Positions 1-9,533 of a DNA stretch of 32,000 nt are shown here, piece by piece (the stretch's first letter is position 1; each line of letters begins with the position of its first letter). Source of the stretch: Candidatus Saccharimonadota bacterium (GTDB taxonomy: Archaea; Micrarchaeota; Micrarchaeia; Micrarchaeales; Micrarchaeaceae); NCBI GenBank assembly GCA_021654395.1, contig AP024486.1, positions 510,001-542,000 on the forward strand. Direction: 5' to 3'. The translations under genes and the position numbers were made by a program. The notes under the pieces are model-generated. The model searched no databases and was not told the DNA's origin. It worked only from the letters and a program-made list of their open reading frames with translations.

Positions 1-960
1 ACAGTAACAAGAGATGAGAATGGAATATTTAAGGTTCTATTCCCTGGAGTTGAGTCTTCAATAGATCTTATATTGCTATTAAGAGCATTAGGTATGTCAA
101 AAGACGATATGCTAAACTCAGTAAGTGATGAGTATACATATAACGATATTCTAGTAAATCTCGATAGCAGCGAGGCATCAGATGCAAATATAGAAGAGGT
201 ATACGATATGCTAGCTAAGCAAGTATACGCAGGTCAGAATAAGGAGTATAAGCAGAAGAGGATAAAGAAGGAGCTAGATGAGTATCTACTGCCGCATATA
301 GGCTTATCAGAGGATGCTAGAAAAGAGAAAGCGAGATTCTTGCTGCTTATGGCTGCAAGAGCATCTCTTGCTTACCATCACAAGATAAAGCCAGATGATA
401 AGGATCACTTCAAGAACAAGAGATTAAGATTAGCAGGTGATCTACTATTTGATCTATTTTTACATTCATTTAAGCTATTCTTAAGGGATGTTAAGTATCA
501 TATAGAGAGAAATGTAATGAGAGAGAGGAAGGCAAACTTCAATATAGCAGTTAATCCAGATGCATTAACAGATAGAATACTATCAGCCATGGGAACAGGA
601 AATTGGCCGAATGGTCCAAGCGGCATCTCTCAAGTCTTAGACAGAATAAACTTCATATCATCATTAGCGCATCTAAGAAGAGTTAAATCTCCGTTAGCAA
701 AGAGGAGAACCAACTTTAAAGCTAGAGATGTGCACGGAACGCAGATAGGCAAGATATGCATTAGTGAGACGCCAGAAGGAATAGAGGTAGGACTAACAAA
801 GTATCTAGCAATAATGGCAAGAGTAACAGATGATGTTGACGCATCAATAGTTCTTAACAAGATAAAGGACATAAAAGGATTCAAGGTTAATGAATACTAT
901 CTGCATAATATTAATGAGAAGAGGCTTATAGATGAGAGTGATACTTATGGCAAGCAATAA
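1..960 (+). CDS. rpoB2: DNA-directed RNA polymerase subunit B'' (Rpo2N), 3' part; 5' end lies outside the window
   Basis: The frame is open from base 1 (TVTRDENGIFKVLFPGVESSIDLILLLRALGMS...), so the TTG at 73 in the ORF track is not the real start. RpoB N-terminal-half motifs are present (RALG, DDKDHFKNKRLRLAGDLL, LSAMGTGNW, RRVKSPL). It ends 29 nt inside the next ORF, which carries the C-terminal half of RpoB. Confidence 0.9.
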   Translation, partial: TVTRDENGIFKVLFPGVESSIDLILLLRALGMSKDDMLNSVSDEYTYNDILVNLDSSEASDANIEEVYDMLAKQVYAGQNKEYKQKRIKKELDEYLLPHIGLSEDARKEKARFLLLMAARASLAYHHKIKPDDKDHFKNKRLRLAGDLLFDLFLHSFKLFLRDVKYHIERNVMRERKANFNIAVNPDALTDRILSAMGTGNWPNGPSGISQVLDRINFISSLAHLRRVKSPLAKRRTNFKARDVHGTQIGKICISETPEGIEVGLTKYLAIMARVTDDVDASIVLNKIKDIKGFKVNEYYLHNINEKRLIDESDTYGKQ

Positions 961-2788
961 TGAAAATGCAGCTTATGTATTATTAAATGGAAAGCCGATA
1001 GGCAGAGTAGTGGATCCTTTAGCATTTGTGAAGGAGGTTATAAGCTTTAGAAGAAAAGGGCTAATACCAAATTCAATAAATGTAGCATATATAAAGAAGC
1101 TCAATGAGGTTCATATAAATGCAGATAGAGGCAGAGTGAGAAAGCCCTATATAGTTGTAGAGAATGGAAAGAGTCTACTCACACCAGAGCTTAAGGAGAA
1201 GCTAAAGAGAAAAGAGATCAGCTTTAACTATCTTCTACTTCATGGCATTATAGAGTATCTAGATGCAGAAGAGGAGAGCAATGCAGTAGTTGCATTAAGA
1301 GAAGAGGATATAACAAAGGATACAACACATCTAGAGGTAGATGGAGCATCGATATTTGGATTAACAATGAATCTAACAACATTTAATGAGCACAATACTG
1401 TAGCTAAGCATCACTTAGGAGCAAACTTCATTAAGCAAGCTCAAGGAGTCTATGCACTAAACTACTCAAAGAGATTCGATTCTAGAGCATTTCTGCTTTA
1501 CTATCCGCAGAGACCATTAATAGACACAGCAGCATATAGAAAGCTCAATCTAGAGAAGCATGCATCTGGTCAGAACTTTGTTGTTGCATTAACCACATAC
1601 TTTGGATATAATATGATGGATGCAGTAGTACTTAATAAGGCTGCTGTAGAGAGAGGCTTAGCAAGAAGTGCTTTCTTTAAGTCATATATAGCAGAGGAGA
1701 GAAGGTATCCTGGGGGTCAGAAAGAGAGATTCGCTATTCCACCACCAACAGCAGAGGGCTATCTAGGAGAGAGTGTCTACTCAAAGCTATCTGATGATGG
1801 TATAATAGAGAAGGAGATGGATGTTAAGGAGGGAGAAGCTATAATAGGAAAGCTATCACCGCCAAGATTCGCTGAGGAGCCATCAATAAGCGGAGGAACA
1901 CCTATAGAGAAGCATAAGGATAGCTCTATAGTATTAAAGCCTAACGAGGATGGAGTTGTTGATGAAGTGCTATTTACAGAGACTCTATCTGCAACAAAGC
2001 TTGTAAAGGTTAGAGTAAGAAGCATTAAGATACCAGAGCTTGGAGATAAGTTCGGATCTAGACATGGCCAAAAGGGAGTTGTTGGATTGATAGTACCTCA
2101 AGAGGATATGCCATTTACTAAAGATGGAATAATACCAGATATGCTTCTAAATCCATTGAGTCTACCAAGCAGAATGACACTAAGCCACTTATTAGAAACA
2201 CTAGCAGGAAAGGCAGCCTCATACTCTGGAAGAACCATAGATGAAACTCCATTTACAGAGAAGAATGGATATGAGAAGGTAAAGGATTATGAAGAGATCT
2301 TAAAGAGATATGGATTCAATGATATGGGTAATGAAGTAATGTATGATGGTAGAACAGGAAAGCCGTTTGAATCAAAGATATTCATAGGCGTTGTTTATTA
2401 TAATAGATTATGGCATATGTCAAGCTTAAAGCTACAAGTAAGAAGCACAGGACCAGTTCAGCTATTAACAAGACAGCCAACAGAAGGAAAGCCAAGAAGA
2501 GGTGGTCTAAGATTTGGAGAGATGGAAAGAGATGCACTAGTAGGACATGGAGCAAGTATGCTTCTTAAAGACAGAATGCTTGATCAGAGTGATAAGACAG
2601 AGGTATGGATATGCAAGAAGTGTGGAAATCTAGCTTACTATGATTATATAAAGAGACAGCCGACATGCTATATAGATGGTCCTGGAGACTTTGTAGTAAG
2701 CGTAGAGATGAGCTATGCGTTCAAGCTGCTATTAGAGGAGATAAAGGCTATGCATATCTTAACAACTATACATATTAATACTGAGTGA
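932..2788 (+). CDS. rpoB1: DNA-directed RNA polymerase subunit B' (Rpo2C)
   Basis: 618-aa ORF with the RpoB C-terminal-half signatures GDKFGSRHGQKGVVG, LNPLSLPSRMT and GGLRFGEMERDALVGHGA. The start could be ATG 932 or ATG 947 (MASNNEN...). Confidence 0.93.
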   Translation: MRVILMASNNENAAYVLLNGKPIGRVVDPLAFVKEVISFRRKGLIPNSINVAYIKKLNEVHINADRGRVRKPYIVVENGKSLLTPELKEKLKRKEISFNYLLLHGIIEYLDAEEESNAVVALREEDITKDTTHLEVDGASIFGLTMNLTTFNEHNTVAKHHLGANFIKQAQGVYALNYSKRFDSRAFLLYYPQRPLIDTAAYRKLNLEKHASGQNFVVALTTYFGYNMMDAVVLNKAAVERGLARSAFFKSYIAEERRYPGGQKERFAIPPPTAEGYLGESVYSKLSDDGIIEKEMDVKEGEAIIGKLSPPRFAEEPSISGGTPIEKHKDSSIVLKPNEDGVVDEVLFTETLSATKLVKVRVRSIKIPELGDKFGSRHGQKGVVGLIVPQEDMPFTKDGIIPDMLLNPLSLPSRMTLSHLLETLAGKAASYSGRTIDETPFTEKNGYEKVKDYEEILKRYGFNDMGNEVMYDGRTGKPFESKIFIGVVYYNRLWHMSSLKLQVRSTGPVQLLTRQPTEGKPRRGGLRFGEMERDALVGHGASMLLKDRMLDQSDKTEVWICKKCGNLAYYDYIKRQPTCYIDGPGDFVVSVEMSYAFKLLLEEIKAMHILTTIHINTE

Positions 2789-2793
2789 TCTGA

Positions 2794-5361
2794 ATGAAGC
2801 CAGAGGTAATAGATTATATTAGATTCTCTGTAATGCCAGATTATCTAATAAAGAAGATCTCAGTAGCTAAGATAAGTATACCTGAGACTTATGATGACGA
2901 AGGATATCCTATAGATGCAGGTTTAGCAGATCAGCGCTTAGGAGTTGTTGATCCAGGATTAAGATGCAAGACCTGCGGAGGAAATCTAAAAACATGCCAA
3001 GGCCACTTTGGGCATATAGAGCTGGTCAGACCAGTAATACATCCATTCTATGCTAAAGTAATATATCTACTTCTTCAAGTGACATGCTATAAGTGCCATA
3101 GATTGCTACTAGATGCAGATCAGCTAAAGGATGTGAAAGAGGATCTAAAAGGCTTTCTAGAGGAGGATATAACTAATGAGGAGGAGCTAAAAGACTATAT
3201 GGATTCTGAGAAGAGATTAAATGAGAAGAGAATAAGCTCGTTAGTAAGCAAGAGCATAAAGCGTATGTCAAAATGCCCATACTGCGGAGCAGATATCGCA
3301 AAGATAAAGTTCGAGAGACCTACAACATTCTATATAGATAATGAGAGATTAAGACCAGACGTTATAAAGGAGTGGCTATCTAATATAAGTGATGAGGATC
3401 TTGCAGTATTAGGCATAGATGGAAAGCTACTAAGACCAGAGTGGTTCATTATAACAAATCTATTAGTACCTCCTGTAAGCGTTAGGCCATCTATTATACT
3501 AGAGAATGGAGAGAGGAGCGAGGATGATCTAACACACCAGCTAGCAGGTATAATAAGAGTAAATAGAAAGCTTCAGCAGGATATAGAGTCTGGAGCTCCT
3601 CAGATAATAATAGATGATCAGTGGGAGCTATTGCAGTATCATGTTAGCGTATACTTCGATAATGAGCTTCCAGGAGTACCTGTATCAAGGCATAGGAGCG
3701 GAAGAGCGTTAAAGAATCTAGCGCAGAGACTTAAAGGAAAGGAAGGAAGATTGAGATATAACTTAAGCGGAAAGAGAGTCAACTACTCAGCGAGAACAGT
3801 TATAGTTCCAGACACATCATTAAATATAAGCGAGCTAGGAGTACCAAAGAGAATAGCACAGGAGCTTACAGTTCCAGTGAATGTAACTGAGTGGAATATA
3901 GAGGCATTAAAGGAGCTAATAAGAAGAAGAGAGTTCCCTACTGCTGTATATGTGATCTCAAATGATGGTATAAAAAGAAAAGTAACAGATGCAAATAGAG
4001 AGGATATAGCAAATGGTCTTACTGTCGGATCTGTTGTAGAGAGACAGCTGATGGATGGTGATATAGTACTATTCAATAGACAGCCGACTCTACACAGGAT
4101 ATCAATAATGGCTCATAGAGTCAGAGTACTTCCAGGAAGAGTCTTTAGACTTAATCTACCGGTTACAACGCCTTACAACGCAGACTTTGATGGAGATGAG
4201 ATGAATATGCATGTTCCACAGTCTATTCCAGCGAGAGCAGAGGCGTTAGTGCTAATGCAGCCAAAGGATTGCATACTATCTCCTAGAGATGGAAAGCCAA
4301 TAATGAAGCTTCAAGAGGATATAGTTATAGGCTTGTATCTGCTTACAAATGATGATAGATACTTCGATAAGAGAGACGCATCTTATCTGCTATCACTAGT
4401 AGGCATCTTTGAGCTACCAGAGCCAGAGAAGAATGGATTATACTCTGGAAAGGCTATATTCTCTATGCTTCTACCGAAAGACTTTAACTATAAGGAAGAG
4501 ACAAAGAAGGGAGTAATAGAGATAAAGAATGGTAAGCTTATCAAGGGAGTTATATCATCAGAGAATGTAAGGAGTGGTAAGTCGCTATTCTTAGCAAAGC
4601 TATATGACAAGTATGGCTCAGACTTTATGGATTCGTTCTTACAGAAGGCAACGCTTCTTGCATTAGCAGTTACATATAGAGCAGGATTAACAATAGGTAT
4701 GAAAGATTACGACCTAAGCGAGGAGCTAATAAAAGAGAAAGATAAGATAATAAAAGAGACTTTAGATGAGGCCGAGAAGATAAGGCAGGAGTATAAGGAA
4801 GGAAGATTGATACCAGAGCCAGGATATAAAGAGAAGGAGTACTATACAATAAAGCTACTGCAGATACTTAGTAAGTCTACAAAGAGAGCAGAGGAGCTGC
4901 TTATAAATAAGCTAAATGAGAGAGAGAACTCGCCATTCTTAATGGCAAGGCTAGATGCTAGAGGAAAGCTTAGCAATCTAGTTGAGATGAGTCTGTTCTT
5001 AGGGCAGCAGATGGTTAGAGGTAAGAGAACACATAGAGGATATGGAGATAGACTAATACCATATCTAAGTAAGAAGGATAAGACACCGCGTGCACATGGC
5101 TTTATCGTAGATTCGTTTATGTATGGATTAGATCCTATAGAGATGATTATGCATGCGATGGGTTCAAGAGCATCGATGCAGGCAAAGTCATTAGTAACAG
5201 CAGTAAGCGGATATCTACAGAGAAGATTGATTAACTCTATGCAAGACTTCTATATAGAGAAGGATCTATCTGTAAGAGACTCCTCTGGTAGATTGATTCA
5301 GACAGTATATGGAGGGGATGGTATTGATGGGATGTATGAGCTTGTTAGCAAGTTAGAGTGA
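2794..5361 (+). CDS. rpoA1: DNA-directed RNA polymerase subunit A' (Rpo1N)
   Basis: 855-aa ORF with the Zn-binding N-terminus CKTCGGNLKTCQGHFGHIEL and the catalytic NADFDGDEMNMH motif. It starts 5 nt after the rpoB1 stop. Confidence 0.95.
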   Translation: MKPEVIDYIRFSVMPDYLIKKISVAKISIPETYDDEGYPIDAGLADQRLGVVDPGLRCKTCGGNLKTCQGHFGHIELVRPVIHPFYAKVIYLLLQVTCYKCHRLLLDADQLKDVKEDLKGFLEEDITNEEELKDYMDSEKRLNEKRISSLVSKSIKRMSKCPYCGADIAKIKFERPTTFYIDNERLRPDVIKEWLSNISDEDLAVLGIDGKLLRPEWFIITNLLVPPVSVRPSIILENGERSEDDLTHQLAGIIRVNRKLQQDIESGAPQIIIDDQWELLQYHVSVYFDNELPGVPVSRHRSGRALKNLAQRLKGKEGRLRYNLSGKRVNYSARTVIVPDTSLNISELGVPKRIAQELTVPVNVTEWNIEALKELIRRREFPTAVYVISNDGIKRKVTDANREDIANGLTVGSVVERQLMDGDIVLFNRQPTLHRISIMAHRVRVLPGRVFRLNLPVTTPYNADFDGDEMNMHVPQSIPARAEALVLMQPKDCILSPRDGKPIMKLQEDIVIGLYLLTNDDRYFDKRDASYLLSLVGIFELPEPEKNGLYSGKAIFSMLLPKDFNYKEETKKGVIEIKNGKLIKGVISSENVRSGKSLFLAKLYDKYGSDFMDSFLQKATLLALAVTYRAGLTIGMKDYDLSEELIKEKDKIIKETLDEAEKIRQEYKEGRLIPEPGYKEKEYYTIKLLQILSKSTKRAEELLINKLNERENSPFLMARLDARGKLSNLVEMSLFLGQQMVRGKRTHRGYGDRLIPYLSKKDKTPRAHGFIVDSFMYGLDPIEMIMHAMGSRASMQAKSLVTAVSGYLQRRLINSMQDFYIEKDLSVRDSSGRLIQTVYGGDGIDGMYELVSKLE

Positions 5362-6473
5362 TGCATATGAGCAAAAAAGATAATAAGTATCTGATAAGCT
5401 ATGGTGAGGCTATAGGAACTGTTACTGCTCAGTCAATAGGAGAGCCAACAACGCAGATGGTTCTAGGATCTCTGCACTCTGCAGGAACATCTCTAACAAT
5501 AACAACAACAGGACTACCAAGGATAATAGAGATATTAGATGGTAGAAAGGTACCAAAGAAGCCAAGCATGACATTATACCTAGAGAAGGATATAGCGAAG
5601 GATTATGATAAGGCAAAGCAGATAAGGCTATCTATAGAGAGCGTTAGTCTAGAGGATGTAACAGAGAGCTACTCTGAGGATCTGATAGCTAGGAAGCTAA
5701 AGATAGAGCTATCAGAGAATATTATGAAGCAGAAGGATATAACAGTAGATAGCTTAATCAACCTTCTTCAAGCAGAGAACAAGTCTATAAGCGTTAAGAA
5801 GATTGGTAAGAATACAATAGAGATATCTCTAGAGGATAAGAATAAGAAGATGAAGCTTATAGATGTAAGAGATAGATTCAATAAGATAATGCACTCAAAT
5901 ATAAAAGGCATAAGAGAGATAAAGAGAGTTGTAATAATGAAAGATAAGAATGATGAGTACTACTTTATAACAGAGGGATCTAATATAAAGGAGGTGCTAA
6001 ATGTAGAAGGGATTGATAAGAATAGGATATATAGTAACAATCCATTCGAGATGTACGAGGTTTATGGAATAGAGGCTGCTAGAGCCACAATAATAAAGGA
6101 GCTACACGCTGCAATACTCTCAGAGACATCATTAAGCTTAAGGCATGTTCTATTAGTTGCAGATACAATGACTTATGATGGAACAATAAAGAGCATAGGC
6201 AGACATGGTGTAGTTGGAGCAAAGAGCTCTGTATTTGCAAGAGCTGCATTCGAGGAGACAGTAAAGCACTTTGTAAATGCAAGTATATTTAATGAGATAG
6301 ATAGATTAAATGGAGTTGCAGAGAATATACTAATCGGAAAGCAGATAAAGCTTGGAACTGGTAGAGTAATACTAAGCTTAAAGAAATCTGATCTTCCAAA
6401 GCTACTACCATTAAAGGAAAGAGAGAGATCAGAGAAAGGTAAGGAGAAGAAGCAGATTGAGGAGAGCAAATAA
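5358..6473 (+). CDS. rpoA2: DNA-directed RNA polymerase subunit A'' (Rpo1C)
   Basis: 371-aa ORF overlapping the rpoA1 stop (GTGATG). It has the GEAIGTVTAQSIGEPTTQM motif and the conserved C-terminal block GRHGV...FEET. It has a K/E-rich tail. The start is ambiguous (GTG 5358, ATG 5361 or ATG 5367). Confidence 0.92.
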   Translation: MMHMSKKDNKYLISYGEAIGTVTAQSIGEPTTQMVLGSLHSAGTSLTITTTGLPRIIEILDGRKVPKKPSMTLYLEKDIAKDYDKAKQIRLSIESVSLEDVTESYSEDLIARKLKIELSENIMKQKDITVDSLINLLQAENKSISVKKIGKNTIEISLEDKNKKMKLIDVRDRFNKIMHSNIKGIREIKRVVIMKDKNDEYYFITEGSNIKEVLNVEGIDKNRIYSNNPFEMYEVYGIEAARATIIKELHAAILSETSLSLRHVLLVADTMTYDGTIKSIGRHGVVGAKSSVFARAAFEETVKHFVNASIFNEIDRLNGVAENILIGKQIKLGTGRVILSLKKSDLPKLLPLKERERSEKGKEKKQIEESK

Positions 6474-6496
6474 TTGCTTTATTAAAAGCTTGTAAC

Positions 6497-6510
6497 TCTC
6501 TTTTTTAATC
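6497..6510 (+). terminator. Possible archaeal oligo-T terminator after rpoA2
   Basis: A T6 run at 6501-6506 (ctctcTTTTTTaatc) lies about 30 nt after the rpoA2 stop, in a convergent intergenic gap. Confidence 0.3.
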
Positions 6511-6562
6511 TTTAATCTTATCTTTAATCTATTAAAATACAAGCTATTAAGAATCTAGTAGA

Positions 6563-7051
6563 TTAATCTTTCTTCTTTTTAGCTCTATTCATTCTCATTG
6601 TAAGCTCTTTTGGAAGCTTTAGCTCTGGGTATATCTCTGTTAAAAGCATCTGATCAGGGAATATATGAAACTCTGTTATATCTGCGATCTTTGACGCTAT
6701 ATAAGCTAGAGCTATCTCAAATAGCTTCTCATCCTTTACAGCCTCTTTTATCTTGTTCTTTATCTCTTGATTATCTAGCTGCTTTATAGATTCTGCGTAC
6801 TTCTCTATCTTACTTAGCTTCTTACCTTTAGAAGCAGACGCAACAATATCATTAGCTATCTTATCTAGCTTATCTCTATCTATCTCAAATAGCTTATATA
6901 TCCTCTCTTTAATGCTAAAGTAGATACCAGCTAGATGAAAGGCTATCTCGTTATCTTTAGTATTATCACTAATACTGAGTCTCTTTATAGAGACCCAGTC
7001 TTTATGCAATGCTATAAAATCTATATAATTATTCTGCTCTTGTTGGTTCAT
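6563..7051 (-). CDS. Hypothetical helical protein (162 aa), co-transcribed with the upstream wHTH gene
   Basis: Intact ORF whose ATG overlaps the stop of the 74-aa ORF by 4 nt (ATGA). It has a K-rich C-terminus. No family was recognised. Confidence 0.5.
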   Translation of the reverse strand: MNQQEQNNYIDFIALHKDWVSIKRLSISDNTKDNEIAFHLAGIYFSIKERIYKLFEIDRDKLDKIANDIVASASKGKKLSKIEKYAESIKQLDNQEIKNKIKEAVKDEKLFEIALAYIASKIADITEFHIFPDQMLLTEIYPELKLPKELTMRMNRAKKKKD

Positions 7052-7272
7052 TGAGGCTTCTGCACCAGATAGTAGCCTGCAGCCTTCTCTCTTGCGACTC
7101 TCTTTACTAAGCCCTTATTTGCTAGTGATACTAATGCATTATTTACCATTCCCTTTGGTCTGTTACATTTCTTTGCTATATCATCTGCTGTCTTTATAGA
7201 ATCTTCTTTTGTTGCTCCTAGCTCCTGCATCGCCTTTACAACCAACTGCTCTATAGGTGTCAATTCTACCAT
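7048..7272 (-). CDS. Small winged-helix DNA-binding protein (74 aa)
   Basis: The pattern TADDIAKKCNRPKGMVNNALVSLANKGLVKR...YYL fits helix-turn-helix plus wing. The size is typical of archaeal single-domain wHTH proteins. Confidence 0.5.
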   Translation of the reverse strand: MVELTPIEQLVVKAMQELGATKEDSIKTADDIAKKCNRPKGMVNNALVSLANKGLVKRVAREKAAGYYLVQKPQ

Positions 7273-7338
7273 ATATTATCACTCTTTATATATTTTATTC
7301 TAAGCATCATTTATTATTAAAAAGCTAACTATTTATAT

Positions 7339-7491
7339 TTATTTCTTTGCAGCTACCTCCTTTCTCTTAGGTCTTAATGCTTTGCTGCCACACTTTCTGC
7401 AGAACTTTGCATTAGGGCTATTTCTTGCCTTACAGTTCTTACAGATCAGAACATTAAATAGGTATGCATCTGCTATCTGCAACTTGCCCAT
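7339..7491 (-). CDS. rpl40e: 50S ribosomal protein L40e (50 aa); too short for the ORF track
   Basis: Minus-strand translation gives MGKLQIADAYLFNVLICKNCKARNSPNAKFCRKCGSKALRPKRKEVAAKK. This matches the L40e pattern: a C-x2-C ... C-x2-C zinc ribbon with ARN and KCRKCG-like context and a basic tail. Confidence 0.85.
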   Translation of the reverse strand: MGKLQIADAYLFNVLICKNCKARNSPNAKFCRKCGSKALRPKRKEVAAKK

Positions 7492-7669
7492 AAAATTCAC
7501 TGAATATATACATATTTAAGAGATAAATAATTTAAAAATCTTACGATATAAAAAGTTTTAAGATAATGCAACAAAAATTGATTCTTACTTTAGGTTTTTA
7601 AAATAAAAAAAGTAAATTTGTTCTATCTGCTTATTGTTGAAATCAGAAAGAAAGAAGCTAACTGTATTG

Positions 7670-8494
7670 TTATGATGCATTCCTTAATTGCTTTAAGATA
7701 TCTGTCGCGTCACCTACACTCTTTCTTATTTTATCTAAATTTTCTCTGAACTTTATTACCTTATCTTTATTTGGCCTTATTCTGAAGAACTCTTTTCTTA
7801 TATCTTTTCTCAACTTATCTATCTCATCTATTAAGCTTTTATACTCTTTATCGCCACCGTATTCGGATAGTTCTTTCTTCATTTTCTTTAATTCTACTGA
7901 CATCTTTATTAAGTCGTATCCTTTCATACTTTTCTTATAGTTATCTAATCTATTTTTAATAGCTTCCTTTAAGCTTTTAGCTTTATTAAGTGATCTAGTA
8001 ATGTTTCTTCTTAGCATTGGTATTGTTGATTTAGCTGTTCTTATAAGTGATGTTAAATGTAATCTCTTAAAGTTTCTTAGTCTTGGCATTCCTTCGAAGA
8101 ACTTTTCTTTAATCTCGGCTCTAAGATTATCTATATTCTTTATTTCTTCAGGATATCTAGCTTTAGCTCCCATCTCTTTTAACTTTGCAGACATAATTAT
8201 AAGCTGATATCCTCTTAATGGTCTAAACTCTTTAAATACCTTTTCTATTATTTCTGGTTCACCTGCGCCTTTTAATAAGATATCTATTACATTGTTTCTC
8301 TCTTTTTCGTTATCGATATCTTTTGCTTTATTTAACACAGCATACTGAAGGGGTGTCATATGCTTTTCTACAGCACGTAAAGCTATGTCTTTTAGCAATT
8401 TTCTATCATTTTTTCTCTTCATATCTAGATTAGATACTACGTATTTCAAATACATCTCGATATCATTTATTGTTGTTTCTACCATACCTATCAC
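7670..8494 (-). CDS. Hypothetical K/E-rich helical protein (274 aa) with an internal duplication and one ankyrin-like segment
   Basis: Two about 60-aa modules align by eye: LRGYQLIIMSAKLKEM...IDNLRAEIKEKFF and MKGYDLIKMSVELKKM...IDKLRKDIRKEFF. The N-terminal TPLQYAVLNKA...VIDILLKGAGEPE resembles a single ankyrin repeat. Confidence 0.45.
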   Translation of the reverse strand: MIGMVETTINDIEMYLKYVVSNLDMKRKNDRKLLKDIALRAVEKHMTPLQYAVLNKAKDIDNEKERNNVIDILLKGAGEPEIIEKVFKEFRPLRGYQLIIMSAKLKEMGAKARYPEEIKNIDNLRAEIKEKFFEGMPRLRNFKRLHLTSLIRTAKSTIPMLRRNITRSLNKAKSLKEAIKNRLDNYKKSMKGYDLIKMSVELKKMKKELSEYGGDKEYKSLIDEIDKLRKDIRKEFFRIRPNKDKVIKFRENLDKIRKSVGDATDILKQLRNAS

Positions 8495-8613
8495 CTATCC
8501 TAAATACTAGTGAGCGAACTGATATATAAATCTTTCTATCCCTAATAAAAAGATTTAAATACGTTGCTTATTCAACGCTTTTTTAAGTAGAATAAAGAAT
8601 GAGTTTATCTGCA

Positions 8614-8970
8614 TTAGTGTAGAGATTTATTTAATTTACAAATACAGTTCAATATAAAGATCTTGTCCTGCTTTGCATGCTTAATTTTATCTTTAAGACC
8701 ATTCAAAGTATTTAAGAGCCCCATATTATCTAATAGCCCTTTTAAAGGACTATTACTTATTAGCTCTTTTATTAGATTTAATGATAAGTAACTAGAATCA
8801 ATTATTCCGTAAGAAGCGATATCTAGCGTTATTAAATTATATATTATACTACTTATGCATTTTGAGGCAATAATTGCATAAGCCTCTTCTTTATTTGCAG
8901 ATCTTGAAAACTTAGTTAATGCATTATTTATTTGATCTGAATATCTTTTATTTAGAATTACACGATCTTT
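8614..8970 (-). pseudogene. Start-less 118-codon open frame, probably the displaced C-terminal part of the 8958..9533 gene
   Basis: The frame KDRVILNKRYSDQINNALTKF...KLNKSLH* is open from 8970 to the stop at 8614-8616. It has no ATG/GTG/TTG until two thirds of the way through. Adding one A to the A5 run in ggtAAAAAgatcg joins it in frame to the 191-aa ORF (...YKKGKKDRVILNK...). Confidence 0.35.
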
Positions 8971-9533
8971 TTACCTTTTTTGTATCTATTAATAACTTCT
9001 ATTAATTCGGTAAATATCTGTGCTATATTTATATTGTTTTCTGTATCTACTATTAATCCATTAAATACATTATCATCACTATCTTTGTTAATATTACGTA
9101 TAATCGCTAGATATGTCTTATCTTCAGAATAATCTATTCTTACAATCCTTTCTATATTACCATATGTTGATCCATATTTTAATACCTCTTTTATATATTC
9201 GTTTTCTTTTAAATATTCTGATTTATGCATTACAGATTGATCATCTATACGAATATCGAATTGGCTAATGCGCAGATCTGTCGCTAATATTATTGGCTTT
9301 CTACTAATATCTATAATTCTATTTAACTTTGATGCTGCCTCTAGTTGATTGTTATCTTCATAAGGCAATACAGGTATATCAATATTTTCTGACTTAGATA
9401 CATTTATCTTACTTTTTATAAAGTTTTCAATTATAATTCTAATCTTTTCTATTTCATTATCTATATAATTCTTTGAATTGATTGGTAATATATACTTTAT
9501 TACTTTAGAAGTATTTACATTCATTAAATTCAC
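8958..9533 (-). CDS. Hypothetical protein (191 aa as written), probably the N-terminal part of a frameshifted longer gene
   Basis: Intact ATG ORF with no recognised family. It stops just after an A5 run. Another frame then stays open for 118 more codons. Confidence 0.45.
   Translation of the reverse strand: MNLMNVNTSKVIKYILPINSKNYIDNEIEKIRIIIENFIKSKINVSKSENIDIPVLPYEDNNQLEAASKLNRIIDISRKPIILATDLRISQFDIRIDDQSVMHKSEYLKENEYIKEVLKYGSTYGNIERIVRIDYSEDKTYLAIIRNINKDSDDNVFNGLIVDTENNINIAQIFTELIEVINRYKKGKKIV

Noticed and set aside
630-6469. Minus-strand ORFs inside the RNA polymerase genes (630..884, 1777..2025, 3783..4076, 5422..5616, 6079..6282, 6173..6469)
   Set aside because: They are antisense shadows of strongly supported plus-strand genes. 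Their low-complexity S/L/I-rich translations are typical of the reverse frame of AGA/GAA/AAG-rich coding sequence.
6508-6535. Short repeated ctttaatct motifs after rpoA2, considered as a repeat element or CRISPR-like signal
   Set aside because: There are only two 9-nt copies in low-complexity AT-rich DNA, with no spacer/repeat periodicity. No CRISPR array is present anywhere in the window.
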